Of a DNA stretch of 64,000 nt, positions 55,582 to 64,000 are shown in pieces. The stretch comes from Candidatus Doudnabacteria bacterium (GTDB lineage: Bacteria > Patescibacteriota > Doudnabacteria > UBA920 > O2-02-FULL-48-8), in the NCBI GenBank assembly GCA_025450105.1, contig JANWIA010000024.1, positions 229 through 64,228 on the forward strand, written 5' to 3'. The notes below the pieces were generated by a model that was not told the DNA's origin, made no database searches, and saw nothing but the letters and a program-made list of their open reading frames with translations. A program made the position numbers and the translations under genes. The first letter of the stretch is position 1. Every line of letters begins with the position of its first letter.

Positions 55582-57065
55582 GCAAAACAGTTCGAACTAG
55601 AATGGCGCCGTCGCCAACTGGATTTTTACACATTGGTGGTTTGCGCACCGCACTTTTTGATTATTTATACGCCCGTAAAACCGGCGGCAAGTTTGTTTTA
55701 CGGATTGAAGATACTGATCGCCAGCGATTAGTAGAAGGAGCCTTGGAAAACATTGTCCAATCGCTGCATGATTTTGGAATCGAAGCAGACGAAGGTTTCT
55801 ATTGGAAGAATAAGATTGACCAGCGCGGTGAACATGGGCCGTACATGCAATCAGAACGTTTAGATATCTATGCCAAGCACGCCCAAGAATTAATTGATAA
55901 AAGGGCAGCGTACTATTGTTTTTGTACTTCCGAGAGATTGGCAGAACTGCGCAAATCCCAGGAAGCACAGAAGGTTCCGCCAAAGTACGACAAACACTGT
56001 TTGAATTTGCCAAAGGATGAGATTGATCAGAAAATACAGAACAATGAGCCGCACGTGGTTCGTTTGAATGTGCCCACTGGCCAGCAGATTGTTTTTGAAG
56101 ATGTAGTTCACGGGAAAATTGAAATTTCTTCCAATGATGTCGATGATCAAGTCTTGCTCAAGTCCGACGGCTTTCCAACCTATCATCTAGCAGTTGTGGT
56201 TGATGATCATCTCATGGAAATTACCCATGTCATCCGTGGTGACGAGTGGATTCCGTCCACACCAAAACACATTTTGCTGTACCAGGCATTCAGATGGGAA
56301 TTACCAGTCTTCGTTCATCTACCATTACTGCTTTCCAAATCCCGTAAAAAACTTTCTAAGCGTGACGGCGACGTTTCGGTAAAAGATTTTTTGGCGCAAG
56401 GATACTTGCCGGAGGCTCTACTGAACTTTGTCGCATTCCTTGGCTGGAATCCAAAAACCGAGCAGGAAGTTTTTAGTCTCAAAGAACTTGTAGAAAATTT
56501 TGATCTGGAAAAAATCAACAAGTCCGGCGCTGTCTTCGACTTGGACAAGCTCGATTGGATCAATGGGCTTTATATCCGAAAAATGGATACGGAATTGCTT
56601 TTGGAAAAGCTGGTGCCGTATATGGATCATGATATGAAGGTTTTTCCAAAGGAATTTTTTATCAAAATTGTTTCCCACGAAAAAAAAAGGTTAAAGAAGT
56701 TATCCGAAATAGGGGAGAGGGTAGGCTATTTCTTTAAGCAACCAGAATATGAAGGGGAGTTATTGGTCTGGAAAAAAGCGGACAAAAACGATGCTAAGGA
56801 AAAAATTTCCAAATTAATTGAAGTAATAAATTCAGTTGATGAAAAAATACTAGCTGATGCAAAACAGTCAGAAACTTTTTTCAAAAACTTTATCAATGAA
56901 AATAAACTTGATACTGGCGCGGTCCTCTGGCCTCTTCGTGTTGCCCTTTCGGGTCGCCAGGCCAGTCCGGGTCCGTTTGAGTTAATGGAAGTTTTTGCGA
57001 CATTAAAAAATGGTCGCGATGAAATTATTTCCCGATTAAATTTCGCTCTCAAGTTACTGTCTTAA
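55578..57065 (+). CDS. gltX: Glutamate--tRNA ligase
   Basis: APSPTGFLHIGG, RIEDTD and KLSKR motifs. Confidence 0.97.
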   Translation: MSKTVRTRMAPSPTGFLHIGGLRTALFDYLYARKTGGKFVLRIEDTDRQRLVEGALENIVQSLHDFGIEADEGFYWKNKIDQRGEHGPYMQSERLDIYAKHAQELIDKRAAYYCFCTSERLAELRKSQEAQKVPPKYDKHCLNLPKDEIDQKIQNNEPHVVRLNVPTGQQIVFEDVVHGKIEISSNDVDDQVLLKSDGFPTYHLAVVVDDHLMEITHVIRGDEWIPSTPKHILLYQAFRWELPVFVHLPLLLSKSRKKLSKRDGDVSVKDFLAQGYLPEALLNFVAFLGWNPKTEQEVFSLKELVENFDLEKINKSGAVFDLDKLDWINGLYIRKMDTELLLEKLVPYMDHDMKVFPKEFFIKIVSHEKKRLKKLSEIGERVGYFFKQPEYEGELLVWKKADKNDAKEKISKLIEVINSVDEKILADAKQSETFFKNFINENKLDTGAVLWPLRVALSGRQASPGPFELMEVFATLKNGRDEIISRLNFALKLLS

Positions 57066-57107
57066 GTCTTTACTAACAGCCCGTTTTGTGGTAGAATATA
57101 CCTACTT

Positions 57108-58403
57108 ATGTTCTACACTACGAAACAAAAACTAAATACCAAAAGAATAATTGTTTTCATGCTAGGTTTAAGCCTAGCTTTTGGCTTTTTACCGAGTGTT
57201 GCAGGACAGACAAATGATTTACTAGCCAAACTTCGTCAAGAGAAACAACAACAGCTGGATAGTTTGAATAAAAAAATCAGCGACTACCAGACTCAGATTA
57301 AACAACGTCAAGCAATTGCCGGTTCGTTAAAGAACGAGCTTGGAATTCTTGATTTACAAATATCCCAAACAGAAGCACAAATTGAGGCTACTAACGCCCA
57401 AATTGATGCGACCAACCTTGATATTGCCGAAACCACTGACCAGATTGTTAAAACTCAACAACAGATTGATAAGCAAAAAGTTCTGCTTAAGAATTTGATT
57501 GGCCAGATTAACGAGCTCGACCAAATGTCGCCATTGGAAATTGCCCTTGAGAATGATAACTTCACGGAATTTTTGGACCAGCTCCAATACACAACAAATG
57601 TCCAAGAGCGAAGCCAAGAAGTCTTAAATGAAATCAAAGTCCTCAAAACCCAGTTGGATCAAAAGAATCTCGATCTGAAGAAACAAAAGGCTGATTTGGA
57701 CAGTTATAAGGAATCATTAGAGGTTACTGAAGACAGTTTGGCCAAGCAGCGTAAGGATAAGGCTGCTATTTTGAGCCAGACGCGTGGCCAGGAAGCGGCA
57801 TACCAAAAACTTCTGACTGATTCAGAAAAACTAGAAGGACAACTGGAAAAAGAAATTAACGATTTAGACAGTCAGATTGCCGGCAAACTTGGTGACCGCA
57901 AGCAACGACCAGTTAAAGGACTGTTTGCATGGCCAATGGATGGTGTCCTAACTCAAGGTTACGGCAACACTGGATTTACCTCGCTTGGTTATAATTTCCA
58001 TAATGGTATTGATATTGCCGCCCCAGCTGGTACGACAATTTACGCAGCAGCAGATGGAGTCGTGCTTGGAACAGGTTCGGGTAACGGCGCCTACGGAAAC
58101 TGGGCCACCATTAAGCACACCTTAGCCAACGGTCGTGGTCTGGTGAGCTTATATGGTCACATGAGCAAGGTTGCGGTCCGGGTCGGTCAATCGGTTAAGC
58201 AAAATGATATTGTTGGTTACGAGGGCAATACCGGAAATACCACTCGCTTGCTTTATGGTCCACACCGTGGTTATCATTTACACTTTACCGTCTTTGATCT
58301 GGAAGGCTATGGCGTTGCTGCTGGAACTCTAACAAAAATTTATGGACCATATCAGGTTCCATACGGTGCAACTTATAATCCACTAGAATACCTCAACAAG
58401 TAA
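57108..58403 (+). CDS. Coiled-coil M23 peptidase (EnvC/CwlO-like)
   Basis: Signal peptide, long coiled coil, HNGID and HLH motifs. Confidence 0.9.
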   Translation: MFYTTKQKLNTKRIIVFMLGLSLAFGFLPSVAGQTNDLLAKLRQEKQQQLDSLNKKISDYQTQIKQRQAIAGSLKNELGILDLQISQTEAQIEATNAQIDATNLDIAETTDQIVKTQQQIDKQKVLLKNLIGQINELDQMSPLEIALENDNFTEFLDQLQYTTNVQERSQEVLNEIKVLKTQLDQKNLDLKKQKADLDSYKESLEVTEDSLAKQRKDKAAILSQTRGQEAAYQKLLTDSEKLEGQLEKEINDLDSQIAGKLGDRKQRPVKGLFAWPMDGVLTQGYGNTGFTSLGYNFHNGIDIAAPAGTTIYAAADGVVLGTGSGNGAYGNWATIKHTLANGRGLVSLYGHMSKVAVRVGQSVKQNDIVGYEGNTGNTTRLLYGPHRGYHLHFTVFDLEGYGVAAGTLTKIYGPYQVPYGATYNPLEYLNK

Positions 58404-58423
58404 ATTATTTTCCCCTGCCCGAT

Positions 58424-58662
58424 AGGGAAGTGGTCAGCAAAAACCAAAATCCGACCAAGCAGGTCGGATTTATTTTTTGTAAAATAGTACCGCGCGGATT
58501 TTACGATAACAATATTATGAGTCAGAATAGGTTGTCGTAACAATCCGCGCAAACTTATGCGATGCTTACTAATTATGCTTTAAATACGGTAAGCGTCGCA
58601 TAAGTGCCATTGTGCGACTAGCTCCTATTCTCGATTCTTTGGGCTGTTTAACCACTTCCCCT
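58424..58662 (+). repeat. Multi-hairpin element with terminal inverted repeats
   Basis: GGGAAGTGGT/ACCACTTCCC ends enclose three hairpins (58448-58470, 58492-58550, 58553-58605). Confidence 0.65.
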
Positions 58663-58667
58663 TAGGT

Positions 58668-59669
58668 CTAATCACCTCTGTTGAGCTCTATTGGGTCGAG
58701 TTTAGGTACCTCTATATCCGGATAATACTTCTGTGTTGTATTAATAACTTCCTTAGCGGATTTTGTTTGGAATAATTCGTTACGTAATTCTTTGGCGCCA
58801 TCGAATCCGGTTACATAGGCTTTATAATGTTTTTTCATGACATCAAAGCTCTTGCGGCCACTAAAAAGCGATTCAAACAGTAAAGTGTGCTCAAGCATGA
58901 CCTCAAGTTGGGTCTTTAAGGACACCCGATCCTTACCTTGAGTCCGGTTAAAGACCCAAGGGTTGCCAAAGATGCCTCGACCGATCATTATCCCATCCAG
59001 TTCATACTCTTTGGCCTTAGCTTCGGCCTCGGCTAAATTTTGGACATCGCCATTGCCCAAAACTAAAATATTTTTATTTATTAATTTAATTAATTTAGCT
59101 CCCTCACCAATTATGTCCCAATGCGCGGGGACCAAGGACATTTCTTTACGGGTTCGGCCGTGGATGGTTATAGCAACCGGCTCGGCTTCAGCCAGATTCT
59201 TGAGCCAGTCTAAAGTTACTTGGTTATACCCTATCCGCGTTTTTACAGAAACCGGCAAGTTAGGGGCGCCGCGCTTTGTTGCCGCAATAATTTCTTTGGC
59301 TAAATTAAATTCTTTTATTAATGCCGCACCGCCACCTTGTTTTTCGACTTTGCGGTCGGGACAGCCCATATTGATATCAATGCCATCAAAACCGAGTTTG
59401 GCGATGAGTTTGGCGACCTCTTCAAAGTTTTGAGGTTTGGACCCGAAGATCTGAGCAATAATCGGTCTCTCCCCTTCGGTATACCAAAAATCGGTCAGTA
59501 ATTTTTTCCGTCCCTGTTCCGAACACAAGCCGTCGACAGAAACAAATTCCGTCCAAAAAATATCTGGTTTGCCATATTTGGCAATTATAAACCTAAAGGC
59601 CGCGTCTGTAACGTCGGCCATTGGTGCGCAAACAATTATTGGTTTTTTTAATTTGGACCAAAAATTCAT
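58668..59669 (-). CDS. dusB: tRNA-dihydrouridine synthase
   Basis: APMADVTD, DINMGCP, HGRT, GNGD and IGRG motifs. Confidence 0.92.
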   Translation of the reverse strand: MNFWSKLKKPIIVCAPMADVTDAAFRFIIAKYGKPDIFWTEFVSVDGLCSEQGRKKLLTDFWYTEGERPIIAQIFGSKPQNFEEVAKLIAKLGFDGIDINMGCPDRKVEKQGGGAALIKEFNLAKEIIAATKRGAPNLPVSVKTRIGYNQVTLDWLKNLAEAEPVAITIHGRTRKEMSLVPAHWDIIGEGAKLIKLINKNILVLGNGDVQNLAEAEAKAKEYELDGIMIGRGIFGNPWVFNRTQGKDRVSLKTQLEVMLEHTLLFESLFSGRKSFDVMKKHYKAYVTGFDGAKELRNELFQTKSAKEVINTTQKYYPDIEVPKLDPIELNRGD

Positions 59670-60835
59670 TAAAGAGTTTTAATTGCTTCGATTAGTTGGT
59701 CGAGATCTTTGGCGCTGTTAGATTTGGCGATTGAGACGCGGACCGTGGCCGCTTCCCTATCAGTGATTTTTCCTAGAGCATTAATAACATGACTTGGTTT
59801 GGTTGATCCGGAAACGCAGGCGCTGCCGGTAGAGACGGCAATTCCCGCCAAATCGAGCTTGGCAATAACCATTTCCTGGTCTTTGTTGAGAATGGAAAAA
59901 TTAAGGATGTCCGGACAAGATTGTTCTAGATCAGTTGAGCCATTAATGTCGATTAGATTAAACTGTTTCAATCCTTCCAGTAATTGAGATTTCATTTTGC
60001 GAATTGCATTACCAGATGCTTGGCGATCTTCCAATGAGCCCAAATTCTCATAAGCCTTGGCCATGCCAATGATTCCGGTGGAATTTTGGGTGCCGGGTCG
60101 TAAGCCGTATTCCTGGGATCCGCCGAATACCAAATTGGCGAGCTTGGTGCCGGACTTAACGTATAATCCGCCAATCCCCTTTGGTCCATTAATTTTGTGT
60201 GCAGAAAAAGTTAACAGATCAATGCCCAATTTTTGCACATTTAGGTTATAGTGCTTGACCGCTTGTACTGCATCGGTGTGAAAAATAATTTTGTAGTGAC
60301 TGGATTTATTGACGTCCACCAGTTGCTTGCCCAGCTCCCGAATTGGCAGGACCGTTCCAATTTCATTGGAAACAAAGATAAGGGAAATCAAAACAGTGTT
60401 ATCTTTGATTTCCCGAATTATTTGGTCGGCGGTGATTAACCCGTCTTTTGTGGGTTTGATATAACTCGCTTCAATAATCCCCTTTTTTTCCAGTTCCTTA
60501 ACGGTGTTATAAACGGATTGGTGTTCCAACATTGTCGTAATTACATGCGGCTTCATGTTGTAGGCAGAAACGTATTCAGAAACAACTCCTTGAATAGCCA
60601 AATTATTTGATTCAGTGGCACCGGAAGTAAAAATTATTTCTTGGGGCTTACACGAAAAAAAAGCTGCCAAGTTTTGCCTGGCAAAATCAATTTGCGCCCG
60701 AGCTTCCTGCCCTTCGCGGTGAATTGAGTTCGGGTTGCCAAAGTAATGAGCCTCGAATTCGGTTATAGCCTTACTCACCGTCTTGTCGATTGGGGTAGTT
60801 GCGGCGTTGTCTAAATAGATGCGTTTGGTCTTCAT
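59669..60835 (-). CDS. iscS: Cysteine desulfurase (IscS/NifS group I)
   Basis: YLDNAATT, SGATE, HTDAVQ, SAHK and STGSAC motifs. Confidence 0.93.
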   Translation of the reverse strand: MKTKRIYLDNAATTPIDKTVSKAITEFEAHYFGNPNSIHREGQEARAQIDFARQNLAAFFSCKPQEIIFTSGATESNNLAIQGVVSEYVSAYNMKPHVITTMLEHQSVYNTVKELEKKGIIEASYIKPTKDGLITADQIIREIKDNTVLISLIFVSNEIGTVLPIRELGKQLVDVNKSSHYKIIFHTDAVQAVKHYNLNVQKLGIDLLTFSAHKINGPKGIGGLYVKSGTKLANLVFGGSQEYGLRPGTQNSTGIIGMAKAYENLGSLEDRQASGNAIRKMKSQLLEGLKQFNLIDINGSTDLEQSCPDILNFSILNKDQEMVIAKLDLAGIAVSTGSACVSGSTKPSHVINALGKITDREAATVRVSIAKSNSAKDLDQLIEAIKTL

Positions 60836-60880
60836 AAATCCCAACTATTTTAACAGATTTTGCTTTGTTCGGCTATTCTC

Positions 60881-61276
60881 CTATCTTCCCGATTTTCTAA
60901 AGCCGGCCGCCACGGCCTGCTTCTCATTATCAAAACAAATTTCAGCGGCAACACGTTTGTAAAAGCTGCCGGTTGGAATATGGTAAACGCGATCATTCCC
61001 ACTACCAAGGTTGCCTTTGATTTTACCGTTGCATTCACCATCAACAGATAATTGCACTAAAAGTGGTTCCGGCTTGCCCGAAGCGTTTAAGTTTGATTGC
61101 ACTTCGGCTAAATTTTCGCTATTATTTGGAGGCGAAAAGACTTCTTCAATGCGGATCGGTTCAGTGTTTTGGTCCGGGTAGATTTTTCCCAAAGCAAAGC
61201 CAAAAATTAGGACGCAAACGTATCCGATTGCAAGAATTATTGTTTGTTGATGTTTTTTTAGATCATTTAATGTCAT
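60881..61276 (-). CDS. Membrane-anchored protein with a C-terminal Ada-like metal-binding domain
   Basis: TM helix; C..KIKGN...VYH.P...FY...EICF...A..AGFRKS. Confidence 0.78.
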   Translation of the reverse strand: MTLNDLKKHQQTIILAIGYVCVLIFGFALGKIYPDQNTEPIRIEEVFSPPNNSENLAEVQSNLNASGKPEPLLVQLSVDGECNGKIKGNLGSGNDRVYHIPTGSFYKRVAAEICFDNEKQAVAAGFRKSGR

Positions 61277-61311
61277 AGACTTTAAGGAGGTTGAAAGTCG
61301 TTTTTTATTTT

Positions 61312-62691
61312 ATGCAATACGCATTTATATTGGGACGGGTCTATACCCTATCTTTGGCCGAATTAATCGCGGTCTTTAAGATTATGGGTGTGGAATTTAA
61401 AATTTTGGCCTGCGCCCCAGAAGTTATCGTTTTAGAAACAAATAAGGCTTTGGATGTTAAGATCCTGCAGGCTCGCTTAGGCGGCGTCATCAAGATTATA
61501 AAAATTTTAGATATTTTTCAGAAAAAAGGAAAAGAATATCCGTCACAGGTTTTAGAAACATATTTCAATTTCAAGCGCATCAATAAAGATTTTTTTACCG
61601 AATACTCAGGTAAGAAGCAATTTGGTGTATCTATCTACAATCTCGATCCAACTGTGCGCTTTAAGGAAGAAGCCCAGCGGATCGCGTTTTTTATTAAGAA
61701 AATTTTGCAGGATGAATCGCAAAGCGTCAGGGCGGTTATTGCCCAATTCCCTTCTCAGGCCTTGTCATCGGTTCTCGTTAACGAAAACCACTTGCTGACC
61801 AAAGGGGCGGAAATCGTTATTATTTCCGGCAATCAAAAACTGTTCGTCGGTAAAACCATGACTGTGCAAAATTATGAGGATTATGGCCGCCGCGACTATC
61901 AACGTCCAGCCCGTGATGAACGCACGGGTATGGTTCCACCAAAAGTCGCCCAAATCATGATTAATCTTGCCGGTAACTTCAAACCGCTTGATTATATCCT
62001 TGATCCCTTCTGCGGATCCGGGACAATTTTGCAGGAAGCAACCTTGATGGGGTACCGGGCTGTTGGCTCTGATTTGGATAAAAAGGCTGTGGAAAATTCC
62101 GAAATTAATTTGGAATGGTTCCGAAATCGCTACCATGTTGCACCTGGCCGATACAAACTTTTTCATTCCCATGCCGCGGAAATTTCCCTGCAACTGCCAA
62201 ACTACAAAATTTCGGCTGTGGTCACCGAAGGAACCTTGGGTCCAATCTATGGTAAGGTCCCTAAGAAACCGGAAATGGTTGCTAACTTTAAGGGCCTATC
62301 CAAACTTTACGACCAAGTTTTTAAGGAATTTGCCAAGTTCCTGTCCCCTGGCAGTAGAGTGGTCATGTGTTTGCCTGCATATAAAGTCGGCCATGTTGAT
62401 TATGCCTATATGCCCGATCTTGACTTTGCGACGCAAAATGGGTATACTGTTCAAGCTCCAATTAGTTCAGAAATCAAGACTAAGTATAAGTTTTTGAAAG
62501 TCACTGAGCGCAATTCCATTGTCTATGACAGGAAAGATCAAATTGTAGCACGGGAGATTATTATTTTTCAAAACGGTCCATCTGTGGATGAATCGGAACC
62601 CGCTTCCCTTGTCGAGGAAGCCCAAAACACTAATTCGGAAACTGCATTAGCAGATGTTAGCTCATCGAAGGCAGAATCCGATAACACCTAA
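61312..62691 (+). CDS. Trm11-like SAM-dependent RNA methyltransferase
   Basis: [31 protein letters not shown] and VTEGTLG motifs. Confidence 0.8.
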   Translation: MQYAFILGRVYTLSLAELIAVFKIMGVEFKILACAPEVIVLETNKALDVKILQARLGGVIKIIKILDIFQKKGKEYPSQVLETYFNFKRINKDFFTEYSGKKQFGVSIYNLDPTVRFKEEAQRIAFFIKKILQDESQSVRAVIAQFPSQALSSVLVNENHLLTKGAEIVIISGNQKLFVGKTMTVQNYEDYGRRDYQRPARDERTGMVPPKVAQIMINLAGNFKPLDYILDPFCGSGTILQEATLMGYRAVGSDLDKKAVENSEINLEWFRNRYHVAPGRYKLFHSHAAEISLQLPNYKISAVVTEGTLGPIYGKVPKKPEMVANFKGLSKLYDQVFKEFAKFLSPGSRVVMCLPAYKVGHVDYAYMPDLDFATQNGYTVQAPISSEIKTKYKFLKVTERNSIVYDRKDQIVAREIIIFQNGPSVDESEPASLVEEAQNTNSETALADVSSSKAESDNT

Positions 62692-62696
62692 CTTCA

Positions 62697-62978
62697 ATGG
62701 CACATAAGAAAGCCGGCGGTTCAACCGCCCTTGGCCGCGATTCTCAATCGAAGCGACTCGGAATCAAATTGTTCGGCGGCCAGCAAGCTAAAATTGGTAA
62801 CATCATTGTTAAACAACGTGGTACCAAATGGCACCCAGGTAAAAATGTCCGAATCGGTGGCGATGATTCTATCTACGCTGTCGCAACCGGAACCGTAAAA
62901 TTTACTAGCAAGAAAGTTAAAGGATTCGACGGCAGTTTGCACTTACGAAAGTTTGTCCACGTTCTCCCAACAAAGTAA
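62697..62978 (+). CDS. rpmA: 50S ribosomal protein bL27
   Basis: MAHKKAGGS...RDSQSKRLG...QRGT. Confidence 0.98.
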   Translation: MAHKKAGGSTALGRDSQSKRLGIKLFGGQQAKIGNIIVKQRGTKWHPGKNVRIGGDDSIYAVATGTVKFTSKKVKGFDGSLHLRKFVHVLPTK

Positions 62979-62982
62979 ATTT

Positions 62983-63010
62983 AAAAACAGCCCAAGCGGG
63001 CTGTTTTTTT
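62983..63010. terminator. Bidirectional terminator between rpmA and pyrG
   Basis: AAAAACAGCCC-AAGC-GGGCTGTTTTT. Confidence 0.8.
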
Positions 63011-63016
63011 GTGTGT

Positions 63017-64000
63017 TTATTTCTTTCCCTTGATGGAGGCTTTGATGAAGTCTCGGAAAAGTGGACCAGGCGCTAGTGGGCGGGATTTGAATTCCGGATG
63101 GAACTGTACGCCAACAAAGAATGGATGATCCGGTAATTCGATAATTTCTACTAATTGTCCATCTGGTGTCGTGCCTGAGAACACAAAACCTTTAGCTTCA
63201 AATTGCTTGCGGAATTTATTATTGAATTCATAGCGATGACGATGGCGTTCCATGACTTTCTTTTCGCCATAAGCTTGCAGTGCTCGTGAACCAGGTTTGA
63301 GGACACATGGCCAGGCACCTAAGCGCATTGTTGCGCCATATTCTCTTTTCAAAAGTTTCTTTTCCTGTTCCGGCATGACGTGGATGACTGGGAATTTGGT
63401 TTGCGGATCAACTTCCGTGGTGTTGGCGCCTTTAAGTTTCAAGACATTGCGGGCGAATTCGATGGTGGCCATTTGCATGCCGTAGCACAACCCCAGGTAT
63501 GGAACCTTTTTGGTTCGGGCATAAGTAATGGCCGAAATCATGCCCTCGACTCCTCGTTTGCCAAACCCTGGGGTAATGACAATGCCGTCCATGCCCTTGA
63601 GCAGTTCTGTGCCTTCTTTTTCGAGCTTCTCGCTGTCGATCCAGTGTAGCTGGGGTTTGACCCGGTTTGACCAGGAAGCCGCCTTTAAAGCCTCAATAAT
63701 CGACACGTAGACGTCCGAAAGGTTGTAGTTGCCTGTGCCAAAGTATTTGCCAACAACCGCCACGTTCACAACCTTGGAAACAGTCTTGCGGGTGCGCATC
63801 AAGCTACGCCAGGACTTTAAGTCTTTACCGCCGGTTGGCATATCAAACTTGGCCAAAATTTTCTCGCCAAGTTTTTGGGATTGCATAACAATAGGCACTT
63901 CGTAAATAGAGTCTAAATCCGGATTGGAAATAACATCTTCTTTTTTGACGTTGCAGAATAATGCAATGCGCTCTTTTCTCTTATCATCAACGTAGTGTTC
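63017..64000 (-). CDS. pyrG: CTP synthase, C-terminal part (5' end lies outside the window)
   Basis: VGKY, PGFGKRG, GLCYGMQ, ERHRHRYE and QFHPE motifs. Confidence 0.96.
   Translation of the reverse strand, partial: EHYVDDKRKERIALFCNVKKEDVISNPDLDSIYEVPIVMQSQKLGEKILAKFDMPTGGKDLKSWRSLMRTRKTVSKVVNVAVVGKYFGTGNYNLSDVYVSIIEALKAASWSNRVKPQLHWIDSEKLEKEGTELLKGMDGIVITPGFGKRGVEGMISAITYARTKKVPYLGLCYGMQMATIEFARNVLKLKGANTTEVDPQTKFPVIHVMPEQEKKLLKREYGATMRLGAWPCVLKPGSRALQAYGEKKVMERHRHRYEFNNKFRKQFEAKGFVFSGTTPDGQLVEIIELPDHPFFVGVQFHPEFKSRPLAPGPLFRDFIKASIKGKK

Noticed and set aside
373-63710. Numerous 60-160 aa ORFs overlapping recognised genes
   Set aside because: Antisense or off-frame shadows of well-supported CDSs, with no motifs or initiation signals.
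1-64000. CRISPR array, integrase, transposase or prophage structural genes
   Set aside because: No repeat-spacer periodicity and no recognisable motifs; the 23-bp repeat at 23391 has only two abutting copies and no spacer.
1-64000. Alternative genetic code (TGA read as Gly/Trp)
   Set aside because: Conserved genes such as murB, secA and ligD end at TGA at their expected lengths, with no internal TGA.

Overview
A mostly plus-strand chromosomal segment in genetic code 11. Gene content and style suggest a Patescibacteria/CPR (Parcubacteria/Doudnabacteria-like) genome; this taxonomy is inferred. Housekeeping genes include murC, murB, hpf, secA, secD/F, mnmA, hppA, fmt, def, gltX, dusB, iscS, rpmA, a partial pyrG and tRNA-Gln(CUG). 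Accessory content includes a speA/DHS-like/speB polyamine cluster, an EcoRI-family MTase plus DUF262-HNH module with a solo WYL gene, Ku with a split LigD, and surface proteins. The most unusual signals lie between the annotated genes. (1) A 1.8-kb GC-rich island (12.98-14.79 kb) packs seven 52-73 aa microproteins, six of them Cys/His-rich and four absent from the supplied ORF track, arranged in units with their own promoters and Shine-Dalgarno sites. (2) A promoter- and terminator-bounded, structured ~500-nt transcript (47.3-47.8 kb) has no long ORF but three SD-led micro-ORFs that all end Pro-TAA. (3) A 6S-like rod RNA sits at 17.39-17.56 kb. (4) A multi-hairpin element at 58.4-58.7 kb contains a dif-like palindrome. 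Many core genes look leaderless, whereas the GC-rich orphans use strong SD sites. No CRISPR, integrase or transposase was seen.
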